Positions 42,301-57,000 of a stretch of DNA of 64,000 nt are shown here, one piece after another. The stretch is from Eledone cirrhosa (lineage: Eukaryota). The stretch covers positions 35,402,001 through 35,466,000 of the forward strand of contig OZ024748.1 of assembly GCA_964016885.1 (NCBI GenBank), given 5' to 3'. Position 1 is the stretch's first letter; the number at the start of each line of letters is the position of its first letter. A program made the position numbers and the translations under genes. Below the pieces are notes generated by a model that saw only the letters and a program-made list of their open reading frames with translations, was not told where the DNA came from and did no database searches.

Positions 42301-42820
42301 ATTATTAAAAACATGGTGTCTTGTAACACGAATGAAATGGTGTCTTGTACCATTAAAGACATGGTGACTTGTACCATTATTGACATGGAGTCTTGTACCA
42401 TTAATCACATGGTTTCTTGTACCATTAAAGACACGGTGTCTTGTACCATTAAAGACACGGTGTCATGTACCATTAAATACACAGTGTCTTGTACCATTAA
42501 AGACATGGTGTCTTGTAACATTAATGACATGGTGTGTTGCACCATTAAAGATATGGTGTCTTGTACCATTAAAGATATGGTGTCTTGTACCATTAAAGAC
42601 ATGGTGTCTTGTACCATTAAAGACACGGAGTCTTGTACCATTAAAGACACAGTGTCTTGTATCATTAAAGACATGGTGTCTTGTAACATTAATGACATGG
42701 TGTCTTGCACCATTAAAGATATGGTGTCTTGTACCATTAAAGATATGGTGTCTTGTACCATTAAAGACATGGTGTCTTGTACCATTAAAGACACGGTGTC
42801 TTGTACCATTAAAGACATTA
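39396..42820 (+). repeat. 24-bp satellite GGTGTCTTGTACCATTAAAGACAT, block 1 (about 140 units)
   Basis: Direct reading; 8-aa periodic ORFs in several frames. Confidence 0.97.
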
Positions 42821-42822
42821 AA

Positions 42823-43391
42823 GGTGAGATTGGGGGTGTGAGTGGTGGTGACAGTGGAGGTGTGAGTGGTGGTCAGAGTGGTGGTCAGGGTGGTGGTGAG
42901 AGTGCTAGTGTGAGTGGTGGTGTGAGTGGAAGTGAGAGTGGAGGTGAGAGTGGTGGTGAGAGTGGTGGTTTGAGTGGAGCTGGGAGTGGTGGTGAGAGTG
43001 GAGGTGAGAGTGGTGGTATGAGTGGAGGTGAGAGTGGAGGTGTGAGTGGTGGTGTCAGTAGTGGTGTGAGTGGAGGTGAGTGTGGAGGTGTGAGTGGTGG
43101 TGGCGGTAGTAGCACCTCAACTACTATTATCAACACCACTACCACTACCCCCCCCCCCACTACCGCCACCACTACCAGCACCAGGACCACCAGCACCACT
43201 ACCACCGCCACCACCACTACCACCACCACCACTAACAACACCACCAACGTTACCACCAGCACCACCAGCACCACCACTACCACCATCATTACCACCACCA
43301 ACACCACCAACACTACCACCACCAGTACCATCACCACCAACACCACCACCACTAACCTCACCCCACCCCCACCACCAACACCACCAACACT

Positions 43392-43423
<32 letters not shown>

Positions 43424-45005
43424 CACCACCACCACCACCACCACCATCATCATCACCACCACCAAAACTTCCATCACCAAAACCACCACCACCACCAACA
43501 TCACCACCACCACCACCACCACCACCAACACCACCACCACGACCACCACCAACACCACCAGGACCACCACCACCACCACCACCACGACCACCACTACAAC
43601 GACCACTACCACGACCACTACCACCACCACTACCATCACCACTACCACCACCAGCACACCACCACGGCCACGACCACGACCACGACCACACCCACTACCA
43701 CCACCACCACCAGCACACCACCACCACAATCACCACCACCACCACCACCAGCACTAGCACCACCACACTACCACCACCAAGATAATTATGATCATCATCA
43801 TTAAGCGTTCGTGATAATAAAACCCATCATCGCTATGCTTTGATATGTATGTATATCTAAGTATGTGTATATATGTGTGTGTAAGTATGTGTATATATGT
43901 GCGTGTAAGTATGTGTATATATGTGTGTGTAAGTATTGATATATATGTGTGTGTAAGTATGTGTATATATGTGTGTGTAAGTATGTGTATATATGTGCGT
44001 GTAAGTATGTGTATATATGTGTGTGTAAGTATGTGTATATATATGTATGTGTACGTATTGATATATATGTGTGTGTAAGTATGTGTATATATGTGTGTGT
44101 AAGTATGTGTATATATGTGCGTGTAAGTATGTGTATATATGTGTGTGTAAGTATGTGTTTATATGTGTGTGTAAGTATGTGTATATATGTATGTGTATGT
44201 GTGGATATGTATGTGTATGTATCTGTATGTATGTTTGTATATGTATGTATGCGTATGCAAGTGTATTTGTATATGTATGTCTGTATGTGTGTGTATGTAT
44301 ATATGTTTGTATATATATATGTGTATATATATGTATGTATATGTATGCCTGTATGTCTTTATGTGTATATATATATGTGTATATATATATATGTGTATGA
44401 GTGTTTGTATATATGTGTATGAGTGTGTGTATATATGTGTATGTGTATATATGTGTTTGTGTATATTTGTGTATGTGTCTATGTGTATGTGTATATATGT
44501 GTATATATATGTATGTGTATATCTATGTGTATATATGTGTATGTGTATATACATGTGTATATATATATGTATGTGTATATATATGTATATATATGTGTAT
44601 ATATATGTGTGTATGAGTGTGTGTATATATGTGTATGTGTGAGGTATTTAGACCAGTTCGTGTCATCAAGGATTAGTATGAGATAGGAAGGTAATCTCCT
44701 ACCTCTCTTTTCTACTTTACTAGTTTTCTTTATTAGTTTTCATGGTCTCATGTGCTACACAAACTGTACTTTAATTAGTAGGAGTGGCCTAGTGGTTAAC
44801 ATATCAGGTAAGTAACCACCTGAACAGTAGTTCTAATCATAGATACTATGTTGTAGCATGTGTCTGGGCCAGCGATCTCTCAAGTCACTTGGTCTATCTT
44901 GTTAAACATAGCTATCCCCGAGTAGGTAGTTGTAGATAGCTACCCTCGGATAGAAGTATCTAGATTATTTAATCTATACCTTGTGTTTCAGCCACCACTA
45001 TGATA
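42823..45005. repeat. Second copy of the 12-mer/(ACC)n/linker/(TG)n/leader cassette
   Basis: 44641-45005 is nearly identical to 39031-39395 (offset 5610); linker 43780-43845 matches 38418-38482. Confidence 0.93.
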
Positions 45006-48000
45006 TGTACCATTAAAGACATGGTGTCTTGTCCTATTTAAGACATGGTGTCTTGTACCATTAAAGACAGGGTGACTTGTCCCATTTATAACATGGTGTA
45101 TTGTACCATTAAAGACATGGTCTCTTGTACCATTAAAGAGATGGACTCTTGTACTATTAAAGACATGGTGTCTTGTCCCATTTAAGACATGGTGTCTTGT
45201 ACCATTAAAGACATGGTATCTTGCACCATTAAAGACATGGTGTATCGTCCCATTTAAGACATGGTGTCTTGTACCATTAAAGACATGGTGTCTGGTATCA
45301 TTAAAGACATGCTGTCTTGTCCAAATAAAGACATAGTGTCTTGGACCGTTAAAGACATGATGTCTTGTCCCATTTAAGACATGGTGTCTTGTACCATTAA
45401 AGACATGGTGTCTTGTCCCATTTAAGACATGGTGTCTTGTACCATTAATGACATGGTGTCTTGTACAATTAAAGAGATGGTCTCTTGTCCCATTTAAGAT
45501 ACGGTGTCTTGTACCATTAAAGACATGGTGTCTTGTACCATTAATGACACGGTGTCTTGTAACATTAAAGACATTTTGTCTTGTCCTATTTAAGATATGG
45601 TGTCTTGTACCATTGAAAACATGGTGTCTTGTCCCATTTAAGACATGGTGTCTTGTACCATTAATGAGATGGTGTCTTGTACCATTAATGACATAGTGTC
45701 TTGTACCATTAAAGACATTTTGTCTTGACCCATTTAAGACATGGTGTCTTGTACCATTAAAGACATGGTGTCTTGTCCCATTTAAGATATGGTGTCTTGT
45801 ACCATTAATGACATGGTGTCTTGTACCATTAAAGACACGATGTCTTGTACCATTAAAGATTTGGTGTCTTGTACCATTAAAGACACGGTGTCTTGTACCA
45901 TTAAAGACATGGTGTCTTGTAGTATTAATGACATGGTGTCTTGTACCATTAAATACATGTTGTCTTGTAACATTAAAGACATGGTCTCTTGTAGCATTAA
46001 AGACATGGTGTCTTGTACCTTTAAAGCCATGATGTCTAGTACCATTAAAGATATGGTATCTTGTATACTTGAAGACATGGTGTTTGTACCATTAAAGTCA
46101 TGGTGTCTTGTAACCTTAAAGACATGGTGTTTTGTACCTTTAAAAACATGGTGTCTTGCACCATTAATGTGATGGTGTCTTGTACCATTTAACACACGGT
46201 GTTTTGTACTATTAAGGACACTGTGTCTTGTACCATTAAAGACGTGGTGTCTTGAACCATTAAAGACTCGGTGTCTTGTAACCTTAAAGACATGGTATCT
46301 TGTTCCATTAAAGACACGGCGTCTTGTACCATTAAAGACACCGTGTCTTTTACCATTAAATATATGGTGTCTTGTACCATTAAAGACATGGCGTCTTGCA
46401 CTATTAAAGATATGGTGTCTTGTACAATTATGAAAGACATTGTTTTTTGTACCATTATAGAAATGGTGTCTTGTACCATTTATGACATGGTGTCTTGTAA
46501 CATTAAAGTCACGGTATCTTGTACCATTAAAGACACGGTGTCTTGTACCATTAATGACATCGTATCTTGTAGTATTAATGACATGGTGTCTTGTACCATT
46601 AAAGACACAGGGTGTTGTACCATTGAAGATATGGTGTCTTGTACCATGAAAGCCATGGTGTCTTGTAACATTAAAGACATGGTGTCATGTAGCATTAAAG
46701 ACATGGTGTTTTGTACTATTAAAGACATAGTATCTTGTAACATTAAAGACATGGTGTCTTGCACCATTAAAGATATGGTGTCTTGTACCAGTAATGACAT
46801 GGTGTCTTGTACCATTAAAGACACGGTATCTTGTACCATTAAAGACACGGTGTCTTGTAATATTAAAGACACGGTGTCTAGTAACCTTAGAGACATGGTG
46901 TTTTGTACAATTATATACATGGTGTCTTGTAACCTTAAAGACAAGGTGTTTTGCACCATTAAAGAAATGGTGTCTTGTACCATTAAAGACACGGTTTCTT
47001 GTACCATTAAAGACATGGTGTCTTGTACCATTAATGACATGGTGACTTTTACCATTAAAGACATGGTGTCTTGTAACATTAAAGACATCGTGTATTGTAC
47101 CATTAAAGACATGGTGTCTTGAAACCTTTAAAGACACGGTGACTTGTACAATTAAAGATATGGTGTCTTGTACCATTAAAGACACGGCATCTTGTAACCT
47201 TAAAGACATGGTGTCTTGTACCATTAAAGACACGGTGTCTTGTACCATTAAAACATGGTATCTTGTATCTCTAAAGACACGGTGTCTTGTACCATTAAAG
47301 ACATGGTGTCTTGTACCATTAATGACATGGTGTCTTGTACCATTAAAGACATAGTGACTTGTAACATTAATGACACCGTGTCTTGTACCATTAAAGACAT
47401 GGTGTCTTGTACCTTTAAAGACACGGTGTCTTGTACAATTATGAAAAACAATGTGTTTTGTACCATTAAAGACATGGTGTCTTGTACCATTAATGACATG
47501 GTGTCTTGTACCATTAATGACATGGTGTCTTGTACCATTAAAGACACGGTGTCTTGTACCATTAAAGACATCGTGTCTTGCAGTATTAATGACATCGTGT
47601 CTTGTACCATTAAAGACATGGTGTCTTGTACCATTAAAGACATGGTGTCTTGTAACATTAAAGAAAACGTATCATTTAACATTAAAGACATGGTGTCTTG
47701 TACAATTAAAGAGATGGTCTCTTGTCCCATTTAAGATACGGTGTCTTGTACCATTAAAGACATGGTGTCTTGTACCATTAATGACACGGTGTCTTGTAAC
47801 ATTAAAGACATTTTGTCTTGTCCTATTTAAGATATGGTGTCTTGTACCATTGAAAACATGGTGTCTTGTCCCATTTAAGACATGGTGTCTTGTACCATTA
47901 ATGAGATGGTGTCTTGTACCATTAATGACATAGTGTCTTGTACCATTAAAGACATTTTGTCTTGACCCATTTAAGACATGGTGTCTTGTACCATTAAAGA

Positions 48001-51000
48001 CATGGTGTCTTGTCCCATTTAAGATATGGTGTCTTGTACCATTAATGACATGGTGTCTTGTACCATTAAAGACACGATGTCTTGTACCATTAAAGATTTG
48101 GTGTCTTGTACCATTAAAGACACGGTGTCTTGTACCATTAAAGACATGGTGTCTTGTAGTATTAATGACATGGTGTCTTGTACCATTAAATACATGTTGT
48201 CTTGTAACATTAAAGACATGGTCTCTTGTAGCATTAAAGACATGGTGTCTTGTACCTTTAAAGCCATGATGTCTAGTACCATTAAAGATATGGTATCTTG
48301 TATACTTGAAGACATGGTGTTTGTACCATTAAAGTCATGGTGTCTTGTAACCTTAAAGACATGGTGTTTTGTACCTTTAAAAACATGGTGTCTTGCACCA
48401 TTAATGTGATGGTGTCTTGTACCATTTAACACACGGTGTTTTGTACTATTAAGGACACTGTGTCTTGTACCATTAAAGACGTGGTGTCTTGAACCATTAA
48501 AGACTCGGTGTCTTGTAACCTTAAAGACATGGTATCTTGTTCCATTAAAGACACGGCGTCTTGTACCATTAAAGACACCGTGTCTTTTACCATTAAATAT
48601 ATGGTGTCTTGTACCATTAAAGACATGGCGTCTTGCACTATTAAAGATATGGTGTCTTGTACAATTATGAAAGACATTGTTTTTTGTACCATTATAGAAA
48701 TGGTGTCTTGTACCATTTATGACATGGTGTCTTGTAACATTAAAGTCACGGTATCTTGTACCATTAAAGACACGGTGTCTTGTACCATTAATGACATCGT
48801 ATCTTGTAGTATTAATGACATGGTGTCTTGTACCATTAAAGACACAGGGTGTTGTACCATTGAAGATATGGTGTCTTGTACCATGAAAGCCATGGTGTCT
48901 TGTAACATTAAAGACATGGTGTCATGTAGCATTAAAGACATGGTGTTTTGTACTATTAAAGACATAGTATCTTGTAACATTAAAGACATGGTGTCTTGCA
49001 CCATTAAAGATATGGTGTCTTGTACCAGTAATGACATGGTGTCTTGTACCATTAAAGACACGGTATCTTGTACCATTAAAGACACGGTGTCTTGTAATAT
49101 TAAAGACACGGTGTCTAGTAACCTTAGAGACATGGTGTTTTGTACAATTATATACATGGTGTCTTGTAACCTTAAAGACAAGGTGTTTTGCACCATTAAA
49201 GAAATGGTGTCTTGTACCATTAAAGACACGGTTTCTTGTACCATTAAAGACATGGTGTCTTGTACCATTAATGACATGGTGACTTTTACCATTAAAGACA
49301 TGGTGTCTTGTAACATTAAAGACATCGTGTATTGTACCATTAAAGACATGGTGTCTTGAAACCTTTAAAGACACGGTGACTTGTACAATTAAAGATATGG
49401 TGTCTTGTACCATTAAAGACACGGCATCTTGTAACCTTAAAGACATGGTGTCTTGTACCATTAAAGACACGGTGTCTTGTACCATTAAAACATGGTATCT
49501 TGTATCTCTAAAGACACGGTGTCTTGTACCATTAAAGACATGGTGTCTTGTACCATTAATGACATGGTGTCTTGTACCATTAAAGACATAGTGACTTGTA
49601 ACATTAATGACACCGTGTCTTGTACCATTAAAGACATGGTGTCTTGTACCTTTAAAGACACGGTGTCTTGTACAATTATGAAAAACAATGTGTTTTGTAC
49701 CATTAAAGACATGGTGTCTTGTACCATTAATGACATGGTGTCTTGTACCATTAATGACATGGTGTCTTGTACCATTAAAGACACGGTGTCTTGTACCATT
49801 AAAGACATCGTGTCTTGCAGTATTAATGACATCGTGTCTTGTACCATTAAAGACATGGTGTCTTGTACCATTAAAGACATGGTGTCTTGTAACATTAAAG
49901 AAAACGTATCATTTAACATTAAAGACATGGTGTCTTGTACAATTAAAGACACGGTGTATTGTACCATTAAAGACACGGTATCTTTTAACGTTAAATGATA
50001 TGGTGTCTTGTACCATTAAAGACATGGTGTCTTGTACCATTAAAGACACGGTGTCTTGTACCATTAAAGACATGGTGTCTTGTACCATTAAAGACATGGT
50101 GTCTCGTACCATTAAAGACACGGTGTCTCGTACCATTAAAGACATGGTGTCTTGTAACATTAAATGATATGGTGTCTTGTACCATTAAAGACATAGTGTC
50201 TTGTACCATTAAAGACACGGTGTCTTGTACCATTAAAGACTTGGTGTCTTGTACCATTAAAGACATGGTATCTTGTACCATTAAAGACACGGTGTCTCGT
50301 ACAATTAAATACATGGTGTCTTGTAAGATTAAATCATGGTGTCTTGTACCATTAAACACATAGTGTCTCGTCCCATTTAAGACATGGTGTCTTGTACCAT
50401 TAAAGACATGGTGTCTTGTACCATTAAAGACATGGCGTCTTGTCCCATTAAAGACACGGTGTTTTGTACCATTAAACACATAGTGTCTCGGCCCCTTTAA
50501 CACATGGTGTCTTGTACCATCAATGACATGGTGTATTGTACCATTAGAGAGAGGGTCTCTTGTCCCATTTAAGACACGATGTCTTGTACCATTAAATACA
50601 TGGTGTCTTGTACCTTTAAAGATATGGTGTCTTGTACCATTAATGACATGGTGTCTTGTACCATTAAAGACATTTTGTCTTGTCCCATTTAAGACATGGT
50701 GTCTTGTACCATTAAAGACATGGTGTCTTGTCCCATTTAAGACATGGTGTATTGTACCATTAAACACATGGTGTCTTGTACCATTAAAGACATGGTGTCT
50801 TGTACCATTAATGACATGGTGTCTTATACCATTAAAGACACGATGTCTTGAACAATTAAAGACTTGGTGGCTTGTACCATTAAAAGCACGGTGTCTTGTG
50901 CCATTAAGGACACGGTGTATTGTACCATTACAGACATGGTGTCTTGTAGTATTAATGACATGGTGTCTTGTACCATTAAAGACATGGTGTCTTGTACCAT

Positions 51001-54000
51001 TAAATACATGTTGTCTTGTAACAATAAAGACATGGTCTCTTGTACCATTAAAAACATGGTGTCTTGTACCTTTAAAGACATGATGTCTTGTACCATTGAA
51101 TACATGGTGTCTTGTATCCTTAAAGACATGGTGTTTGTACCATTAAAGACATGGTGTCTTGTAACCTTAAAGACATGGTGTTTTGTACCATTAAAGTCAT
51201 GGAGTCTTGTACTATTAAAGACATGGTGTATGTACCTTTAAAAACATGGTGTCTTGCACCATTAATGTGATGGTGTCTTGTACCATTAAAGACACAGTGT
51301 CTTGTACCATTAAATATATGGTGTCTCGTACCATTAATGACATGGTGTCTTGTAATATTAAAGACACGGTGTCTAGTAACCTTAAAGACATTGTGTTTTG
51401 TACCATTATATACATGGTGCCTTGTAACCTTAAAGACACGGTGTCTTGTACCATTAAAAACATGGTATCTTGTACCTCTAAAGACACGGTGTCTTGTACC
51501 ATTAAAGACATGGTGTCTTGTACCATTAATGACATTGTGTCTTGCACCATTAAAGACATGGTGACTTGTAACATTAATGACATCGTGTCTTGTACCATTA
51601 AAGACATGGTGTCTTGTACCTTTAAAGACACGGTGTCTTGTACCATTAAAGAGATGGAGTCTTGTATCATTAAAGATGCGGTGTATTGTACCATTAAAGA
51701 CACGGTCTCTTGTACCATTAAAGACATGGTGTCTTGCACCATTAAATATATGGTGTCTTGTACAATTATGAAAAACATTGTGTTTTGTACCATTAAAGAT
51801 ATGGTGTCTTGTACCATTAAAGAGACGGTGTCTTGTACCATTAAAGACATGGTGTCTTGTACCATTAAAGGCATGGTGTCTTGTAACATTAAAGAAAACG
51901 TATCTTGTAACATTAAAGACATGGTGTCTTGTACCATTAAAGACACGGTGTCTCGTATCATTAAAGACATGGTGTCTTGTATAATTAAAGACACGGTGTA
52001 TTGTACCATTAAAGACACGGTATCTTTTAACGTTAAATGATATGGTGTCTTGTACCATTAAAGACATGGTGTCTTGTACCATTAAAGACACGGTGTCTTG
52101 TACCATTAAAGACATGGTGTCTCGTACCATTAAAGACATGGTGTCTTGTACCATTAAAGACACGGTGTCTCGTACCATTAAAGACATGGTGTCTTGTAAC
52201 ATTAAATGATATGGTGTCTTGTACCATTAAAGACATAGTGTCTTGTACCATTAAAGACACGGTGTCTTGTACCATTAAAGACTTGGTGTCTTGTACCATT
52301 AAAGACATGGTATCTTGTACCATTAAAGACACGGTGTCTCGTACAATTAATTACATGGTGTCTTGTAAGATTAAATCATGGTGTCTTGTAACATTAAAGA
52401 AATGGTGTCTTGTACCATTGAAGACATGGTGTATTGTACCATTAAACACATAGTGTCTCGTCCCATTTAAGACATGGTGTCTTGTACCATTAAAGACATG
52501 GTGTCTTGTACCATTAAAGACATGGCGTCTTGTCCCATTAAAGACACGGCGTTTTGAACCATTAAACACATAGTGTCTCGTCCCATTTAAGACATGGTGT
52601 CTTGTACCATCAATGACATGGTGTATTGTACCATTAAAGAGATGGTCTCTCGTCCCATTTAAGACACGGTGTCTTGTACCATTAAATACATGGTGTCTTG
52701 GACCTTTAAAGATATGGTGTCTTGTACCATTAATGACATGGTGTCTTGTACCATTAAAGACATTTTGTCTTGTCCCATTTAAGACATGGTGTCTTGTACC
52801 ATTAAAGACATGGTGTCTTGTCCCATTTAAGACATGGTGTATTGTACCATTAAACACATGGTGTCTTGTACCATTAAAGACATGGTGTCTTGTACCATTA
52901 ATGACATGGTGTCTTGTACCATTAAAGACACGATGTCTTGTACAATTAAGGACTTGGTGGCTTGTACCATTAAAGGCACGGTGTCTTGTGCCATTAAAGA
53001 CACGGTGTATTGTACCATTAAAGACATGGTGTCTTGTAGTATTAATGACATGGTGTCTTGTACCATTAAAGACCTGGTGTCTTGTACCATTAAATACATG
53101 TTGTCTTGTAACAATAAAGACATGGTCTCTTGTACCATTAAAGACATGGTGTCTTATACCTTTAAAGACATGATGTCTTGTACCATTAAAGACATGATGT
53201 CTTGTATCCTTAAAGACATGGTGTTTGTACCATAAAAGACATGGTGTCTTGTAACCTTAAAGACATGGTGTTTTGTACCATTAAAATCATGGAGTCTTGT
53301 ACTATTAAAGACATGGTGTATGTACCTTTAAAAACATGGTGTCTTGCACCATTAATGTGATGGTGTCTTGTACCATTAAAGACACAGTGTCATGTATCAT
53401 TAAAGATATGGTGTCTTGTACCATTAATGACATGGTGTCTTGTAATATTAAAGACACGGTGTCTAGTAACCTTAAAGACATTGTGTTTTGTACCATTATA
53501 TACATGGTGTCGTGTAACCTTAAAGACACGGTGTCTTGTACCATTAAAAACATGGTATCTCGTCCCTCTAAAGACACGGTGTCTTGTACCATTAAAGACA
53601 TGGTGTCTTGTACCATTAATGACATGGTGTCTTGCACCATTAAAGACATGGTGTCTTGTAACATTAATGACATCGTGTCTTGTACCGTTAAAGACATGGT
53701 GTCTTGTACCTTTAAAGACACGGTGTCTTGTACCATTAAAGACATGGAGTCTTGTATCATTAAAGACGCGGTGTATTGTACCATTAAACGCACGGTGTCT
53801 TGTACCACTAAACACATGGTGTCTTGCACCATTAAATATATGGTGTCTTGTACAATTATGAAAAACATTGTGTTTTGTACCATTAAACCACATGGTGTCT
53901 TGTACCATTAATGACATGGTGTCTTGTACCATTAAAGACACGGTATCTTGTAACATTAAAGACACGGTGTCTTGTACCATTAAAGACATCGTGTCTTGCA

Positions 54001-57000
54001 GTATTAATGACATGGTGTCTTGTACCATTAAAGACATCTTGTCTTGTACCATTAAAGACATGGTGTCTTGTAACATTAAAGACGGCGTCTCGTACCATTA
54101 AAGACATGGTGTCTTGTACAATTAAAGACACGGTGTATTGTACCATTAAAGACACGGTGTCTTTTAACATTAAATGATATGGTGTTTTGTACCATTAAAG
54201 ACATGGTGTCTTGTACCATTAAAGACACGGTGACTTGTACCATTAAAGACATGGTGTCTTGTACCATTAAAGAGATGGTGTCTTGTACAATTAAAGACAC
54301 GGTGTCTCGTACCATTAAAGACATGGTCTCTTGTAACATAAAATGATATGGTGTCTTGTACCATTAAAGACATAGTGTCTTGTACCATTAAAGACACTGT
54401 GTCTTGTAACATTAAAGACTTGTTGTCTTGTACCATTAACGACAAGGTGTCTTGTACCACTAAAGACATGGTGACTTGTAACATTAATGACATCGTGTCT
54501 TGTACCATTAAAGACATGGTGTCTTGTACCTTTAAAGACACGGTGTCTTGTACCATTAAAGACATGGAGCCTTGTATCATTAAAGACGCGGTGTATTGTA
54601 CCATTAAAGACACGGTGTATTGTACTATTAAAGACATGTTGTCTTGCACCATTAAATATATGGTGTCTTGTACAATTATGAAAAACATTGTGTTTTTACC
54701 ATTAAAGACATGGTGTCTTGTACCATTAATGACATGGTGTCTTGTACCATTAATGACATGGTGTCTTGTACCATTAAAGACACGGTATCTTGTAACATTA
54801 TAGACCCGGTGTCTTGTACCATTAAAGACACGGTCTCTTGTACCATTAAAGATATCGTGTCTTGCAGTATTAATGACATCGTGTCTTGTACCTTTAAAGA
54901 CATGGTGTCTTGTACCTTTAAAGACATGGTGTCTTGTAACATTAAAGAAAACGTATCTTGTAACATTAAAGACATGGTGTCTTGTACCATTAAAGACACG
55001 GTGTCTAGTATCATTAAAGACATGGTGTCTTGTACAATTAAAGACACGGTGTATTGTACCATTAAAGACACGGTATCTTTTCACGTTAAATGATATGGTT
55101 TCTTGTACCATTAAAGACATGGTGTCTTGTACCATTAAAAACATGGTGTCTTGTACCATTAAAGACACGGTGTCTCGAACCATTAAAGACATGGTGTCTT
55201 GTAACATTAAATGATATGGTGTCTTGTACCATTAAAGACAGAGTGTCTTGTACCATTAAAGACACGGTGTCTTGTACCATTAAAGACTTGGTGTCTTGTA
55301 CCATTAAAGACATGGCGTCTTGTCCCATTAAAGACACGGTGTTTTGTACCATTAAACACATAGTGTCTCGTCCCATTTAAGGCATGGTGTCTTGTACCAT
55401 CAATGACATGGTGTCTTGTACCATTAAAGAGATGGTCTCTTGTCCCATTTAAGACACGGTGTCTTGTAACATTAAATACATGGTGTCTTGTAGCTTTAAA
55501 GATATGGTGTCTTGTACCATTAATGACATGGTGTCTTGTACCATTAAAGACATGGTGTCTTGTCCCATTTAAGACATGGTGTATTGTACCATTAAACACA
55601 TGGTATCTTGTACATTTAAGACATGGTGTCTTGTACAATTAATGACATGGTGTCTTGTACCATTAATGACATGGTGTCTTGTACCATTAAAGACATCGTG
55701 TCTGGCAGTATTAATGACATGGTGTCTTGTACCATTAAAGACATCGTCTCTTGTACCATTAAAGACATGGTGTCTTGTAACATTAAAGACATGGTGTCTT
55801 GTACCATTAAAGACATGGTGTCCTGTCCCATTAAAGACACGGTGTTTTGTACCATTAAAGACATGGTGTCTTGTCCAATTTAAGACATGGTGTCTTCTAC
55901 CATTAATGACATGGTGTCTTGTACCATTAAAGAGATGGTCTCTTGTCCCATTTAAGATACGGTGTCTTGTTCCATTAAATACATGGTGTCTTGTACCATC
56001 AAAGACATGGTGTCTTGTACCATTAATGACATGGTGTCTTGTACCATTAATGACATTGTGTCTTGTACCATTAAAGACATGGTGTCTTGTAACATTAAAT
56101 GATATGGTGTCTTGTACCATTAAAGACATAGTGTCTTGTACCATTAAAGACATGGTGTCTTGTATCCTTAAAAACATGGTGTTTGTACCATTAAAGACAT
56201 GGTGTCTTGTAACCTTAAAGACATGGTGTTTTGTACCATTAAAGTCATGGAGTCTTGTACTATTAAAGACATGGTGTATGTACCTTTAAAAACATGGTGT
56301 CTTGTACCTTTAATGACATGGTGTCTTGTAATATTAAAGACACGGTGTCTAGTAACCTTAAAGACATGGTGTTTTGTACCATTATATACATGGTGTCTTG
56401 TAACATTAAAGACACGGTGTCTTGTACCATTAAAAACATGGTATCTTGTACCTCTGAAGACACGGTGTCTTGTACCATTAAAGACATTGTGTCTTGTACC
56501 ATTAATGACATGGTGTCTTGCACCATTAAAGACATGGTGTCTTGTAACATTAATGACATCGTGTCTTGTACCATTAAAGACATGGTGTCTTGTACCTTTA
56601 AAGACACGGTGTCTTGTACCACTAAACACATGGTGTCTTGCACCATTAAATATATGGTGTCTTGTACAATTATGAAAAACATTGTGTTTTGTACCATTAA
56701 AGACATGGTGTCTTGTACCATTAATGACATGGTGTCTTGTACCATTAATGACATGGTGTCTTGTACCATTGAAGACACGGTGTATTGTACCATTAAAGAC
56801 ACGGTGTCTTTTAACATTAAATGATATGGTGTTTTGTACCATTAAAAACACGGCGTCTCGTACCATTAAAGACATGGTGTCTTGTACAATTAAAGACACG
56901 GTGTATTGTACCATTAAAGACACGGTGTCTTTTAACATTAAATGATATGGTGTTTTGTACCATTAAAGACAGGGTGTCTTGTACCATTAAAGACACGGTG

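Noticed and set aside
41236-43785. 849-aa ORF (DMVSCTIK repeats, Gly/Ser, Thr/Pro) resembling a mucin or repeat protein
   Set aside because: The 24-, 12- and 3-bp periods keep frames open on both strands; equivalent sequence elsewhere in the array is freely frameshifted.
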